Shown here piece after piece: positions 45,211-46,696 of a stretch of DNA of 46,696 bases. The stretch is from Candidatus Fraserbacteria bacterium (GTDB taxonomy: Bacteria; Bipolaricaulota; Bipolaricaulia; RBG-16-55-9), in NCBI GenBank assembly GCA_037442925.1, contig JBBIPG010000011.1:1-46696 (forward strand). Direction: 5' to 3'. Position numbers and translations under genes: made by a program. Position 1 is the stretch's first letter. Every line of letters starts with the position of its first letter. The notes under the pieces are model-generated. The model was given only the letters and a program-made list of their open reading frames with translations. It was not told the DNA's origin and searched no databases.

Positions 45211-46236
45211 TCATTGGCTGCCTGCTATGACTTCCGCCCACGCTTGCAGCCAGCGGTCGTCGTTCTCTGCCACATCAGCTAGAGGTAGGGCTGCAGGGCT
45301 TGCTGGGACGAGAGCACAGGTCTTCCACTCCTCGGGCAATGTTGCCTGAGAGTTTGCCGGGAACATGATTTCCGTATCGGGCAGCTTCTCCTGAACTTCC
45401 GTTGAGAGAAGGAGATTAATAAACTCTCGCGCGAGGCGCGGGTTGTCCGTGCCCTTGACCACGGCAGCTCCAAAGACCGTTCGATATCCCTGGCCTTCCA
45501 GTAAGAGCGGCTTGTAGCGGGAGTTGAAGCATGCATCCGTGGAAAAGCTGACCACCAAAGGAGCTTCGCCGTTCTGGAACGCCCTATACGAGGCGCTCCA
45601 GCCGGGGAAGATCGCGAGGATATTGGGCAAGAGATTTCGCCAGTAGGATGTAAAATCCTCGCCGAAGTTGTAGATCGTCCAGAAGAGGAACGCATGGCCC
45701 ACGCTGCTGGTGCGCGGATCTTGAACGAGCAGGCGATCTCGGTATTTGGACGCCAGTAGTTCAGGAAACGTCCGAGGCAACTCGGGAGCCGAAAGTTTTT
45801 CGCTGTCGTATACGAGCGTGATGAAGCCGTGCTCGTAGGGGATGAGCATATTGTCTGAATCGAGACGCAACTCCATGGGCACAGTGGACAGATTGGGCAC
45901 GTCAGCTTCCGAGAGCGACTCAAAGATGTCGAATTGCTTGGCTTTGGGGATGTCGTTGAGTTCGCCCATGAAAACGTCGGCGGGAGTGCCTCCGGCATCG
46001 CGCTCGGTGAGGAGCCGGGCGAGCAACTCGCGACTTGGCCCGGTGGCTACAAACTCCACCGTCACTCCGAATTGCTTCTCGAACTCCTGTTTGATGAAGC
46101 TTGCAGGGCCATACTCGACGAAACTGTCGTAGACGTAGACGACGAGTTTCCCACCTTCAGCCTGCGACTGAGAAGTGCCTTGACCTCCCAATAGCAACGC
46201 AAACGCCAGTATCGCCAAAATGGAAAGCTTACGCAT
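45211..46236 (-). CDS. thiB: Thiamine ABC transporter substrate-binding protein
   Basis: LVVYVYDSF, QDPRTSSVG, WSASY..F..GEAPLVVSFST; downstream of a TPP riboswitch. Confidence 0.88.
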   Translation of the reverse strand: MRKLSILAILAFALLLGGQGTSQSQAEGGKLVVYVYDSFVEYGPASFIKQEFEKQFGVTVEFVATGPSRELLARLLTERDAGGTPADVFMGELNDIPKAKQFDIFESLSEADVPNLSTVPMELRLDSDNMLIPYEHGFITLVYDSEKLSAPELPRTFPELLASKYRDRLLVQDPRTSSVGHAFLFWTIYNFGEDFTSYWRNLLPNILAIFPGWSASYRAFQNGEAPLVVSFSTDACFNSRYKPLLLEGQGYRTVFGAAVVKGTDNPRLAREFINLLLSTEVQEKLPDTEIMFPANSQATLPEEWKTCALVPASPAALPLADVAENDDRWLQAWAEVIAGSQ

Positions 46237-46350
46237 GAGAGACTCCCCCTTTAGTAAGTAGAGATGGGGAGCCTGGATGAAGGGCAAGAGAAGCAGAAAT
46301 GCAACTATGTCGTGAGGTCAGTCTTGCAGCACGGCGTGTGTTGTGTTGCA

Positions 46351-46440
46351 TGTTCCCTCCGCCGGTATTACCCGGATCAGGTTCGAAGGGTCGACCCTTG
46401 TAGGGTCCTCTCAGCCCGGTTCTCCCGAGCTCCCCTTGTG
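46351..46440 (-). promoter_or_regulatory. TPP riboswitch
   Basis: Minus strand AGGGGAGC...GCTGAGAGG...GACCCTTCGAACCTGATCCGGGTAATACCGGCGGAGGGAA. Confidence 0.97.
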
Positions 46441-46448
46441 ATATTTTC

Positions 46449-46477
46449 ATTTTACCATGTTGTGAGATCCACTGCAA
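46449..46477 (-). promoter_or_regulatory. Sigma70 promoter for the thi leader
   Basis: Minus-strand TTGCAG-17-(TGg)TAAAAT, just upstream of the riboswitch. Confidence 0.65.
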
Positions 46478-46599
46478 GCTAGGACCTTGGGGCTGTGGAT
46501 CGACTCTTTAGAAATAGGAATCATTCCTAGAAATACGCTTCACAATCTCATGCTTTTGTGATAACATATAAAAAGCCTGATGCATAGGAGCCAGTGATG

Positions 46600-46695
46600 C
46601 TAGATCACCAGGGCCTTCACGCCCTCGGAATAGCTGCCAGACCGCAGGCCCAGCACTCTTCCCACGTTGTAGCGGATCAACGTCAACCAGACCTG
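46600..46695 (-). CDS. C-terminal fragment of a gene entering from the right, possibly a DDE transposase
   Basis: QVWLTLIRYNVGRVLGLRSGSYSEGVKALVI*; the ..L...YN..R pattern resembles IS4/IS5-superfamily C-termini. Confidence 0.4.
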   Translation of the reverse strand, partial: QVWLTLIRYNVGRVLGLRSGSYSEGVKALVI

Positions 46696-46696
46696 C

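Noticed and set aside
46541..46573. Rex-like TTGTGA/TCACAA half-sites
   Set aside because: Orientation and spacing do not fit TTGTGAA-N4-TTCACAA.
1..46696. CRISPR arrays, tRNA/rRNA genes, prophage genes
   Set aside because: None seen by eye: no regularly spaced repeats, cloverleaves or phage hallmark genes.

Overview
Bacterial chromosomal window, mostly housekeeping genes with several accessory inserts. The gene content suggests a deep-branching lineage such as Ca. Bipolaricaulota/Acetothermia; this is inference only. Core blocks: yicC plus an archaeal-type cmk; cmk-plsC-ispH-rpsA-plsY; mutS2-S8 peptidase-tatC-efp-asp23-amaP-DUF2273-nusB-hutI-ispE; greA plus an ArcE/cDPGS-family P-loop protein; a three-gene split glutamate synthase; an M42 peptidase; DUF58; a fused LeuD-LeuC dehydratase; an E1-alpha subunit; a MazF/RHH toxin-antitoxin pair; Trm112; and a TPP-riboswitch-controlled thiamine ABC transporter. 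The most interesting items are: (1) a twice-repeated two-gene secreted module (large Pro/Cys-tailed lipoprotein plus a beta-helix protein with a conserved C-terminal DLCPxDYxWPPxFIKxP tag), the first copy broken by an IS5-family element; (2) a NYN-domain gene coupled to an uncalled 42-aa Asp/Glu/Trp peptide, facing a promoter-driven, highly structured ~240-nt minus-strand RNA candidate with anti-Shine-Dalgarno sequences; (3) a subtilisin with an internal membrane hairpin and lipobox; (4) a beta-lactamase-family/penicillin-acylase fusion; (5) an EF-P with a non-canonical loop; (6) repeated leaderless promoters. All family calls are from motif recognition; no searches were run.
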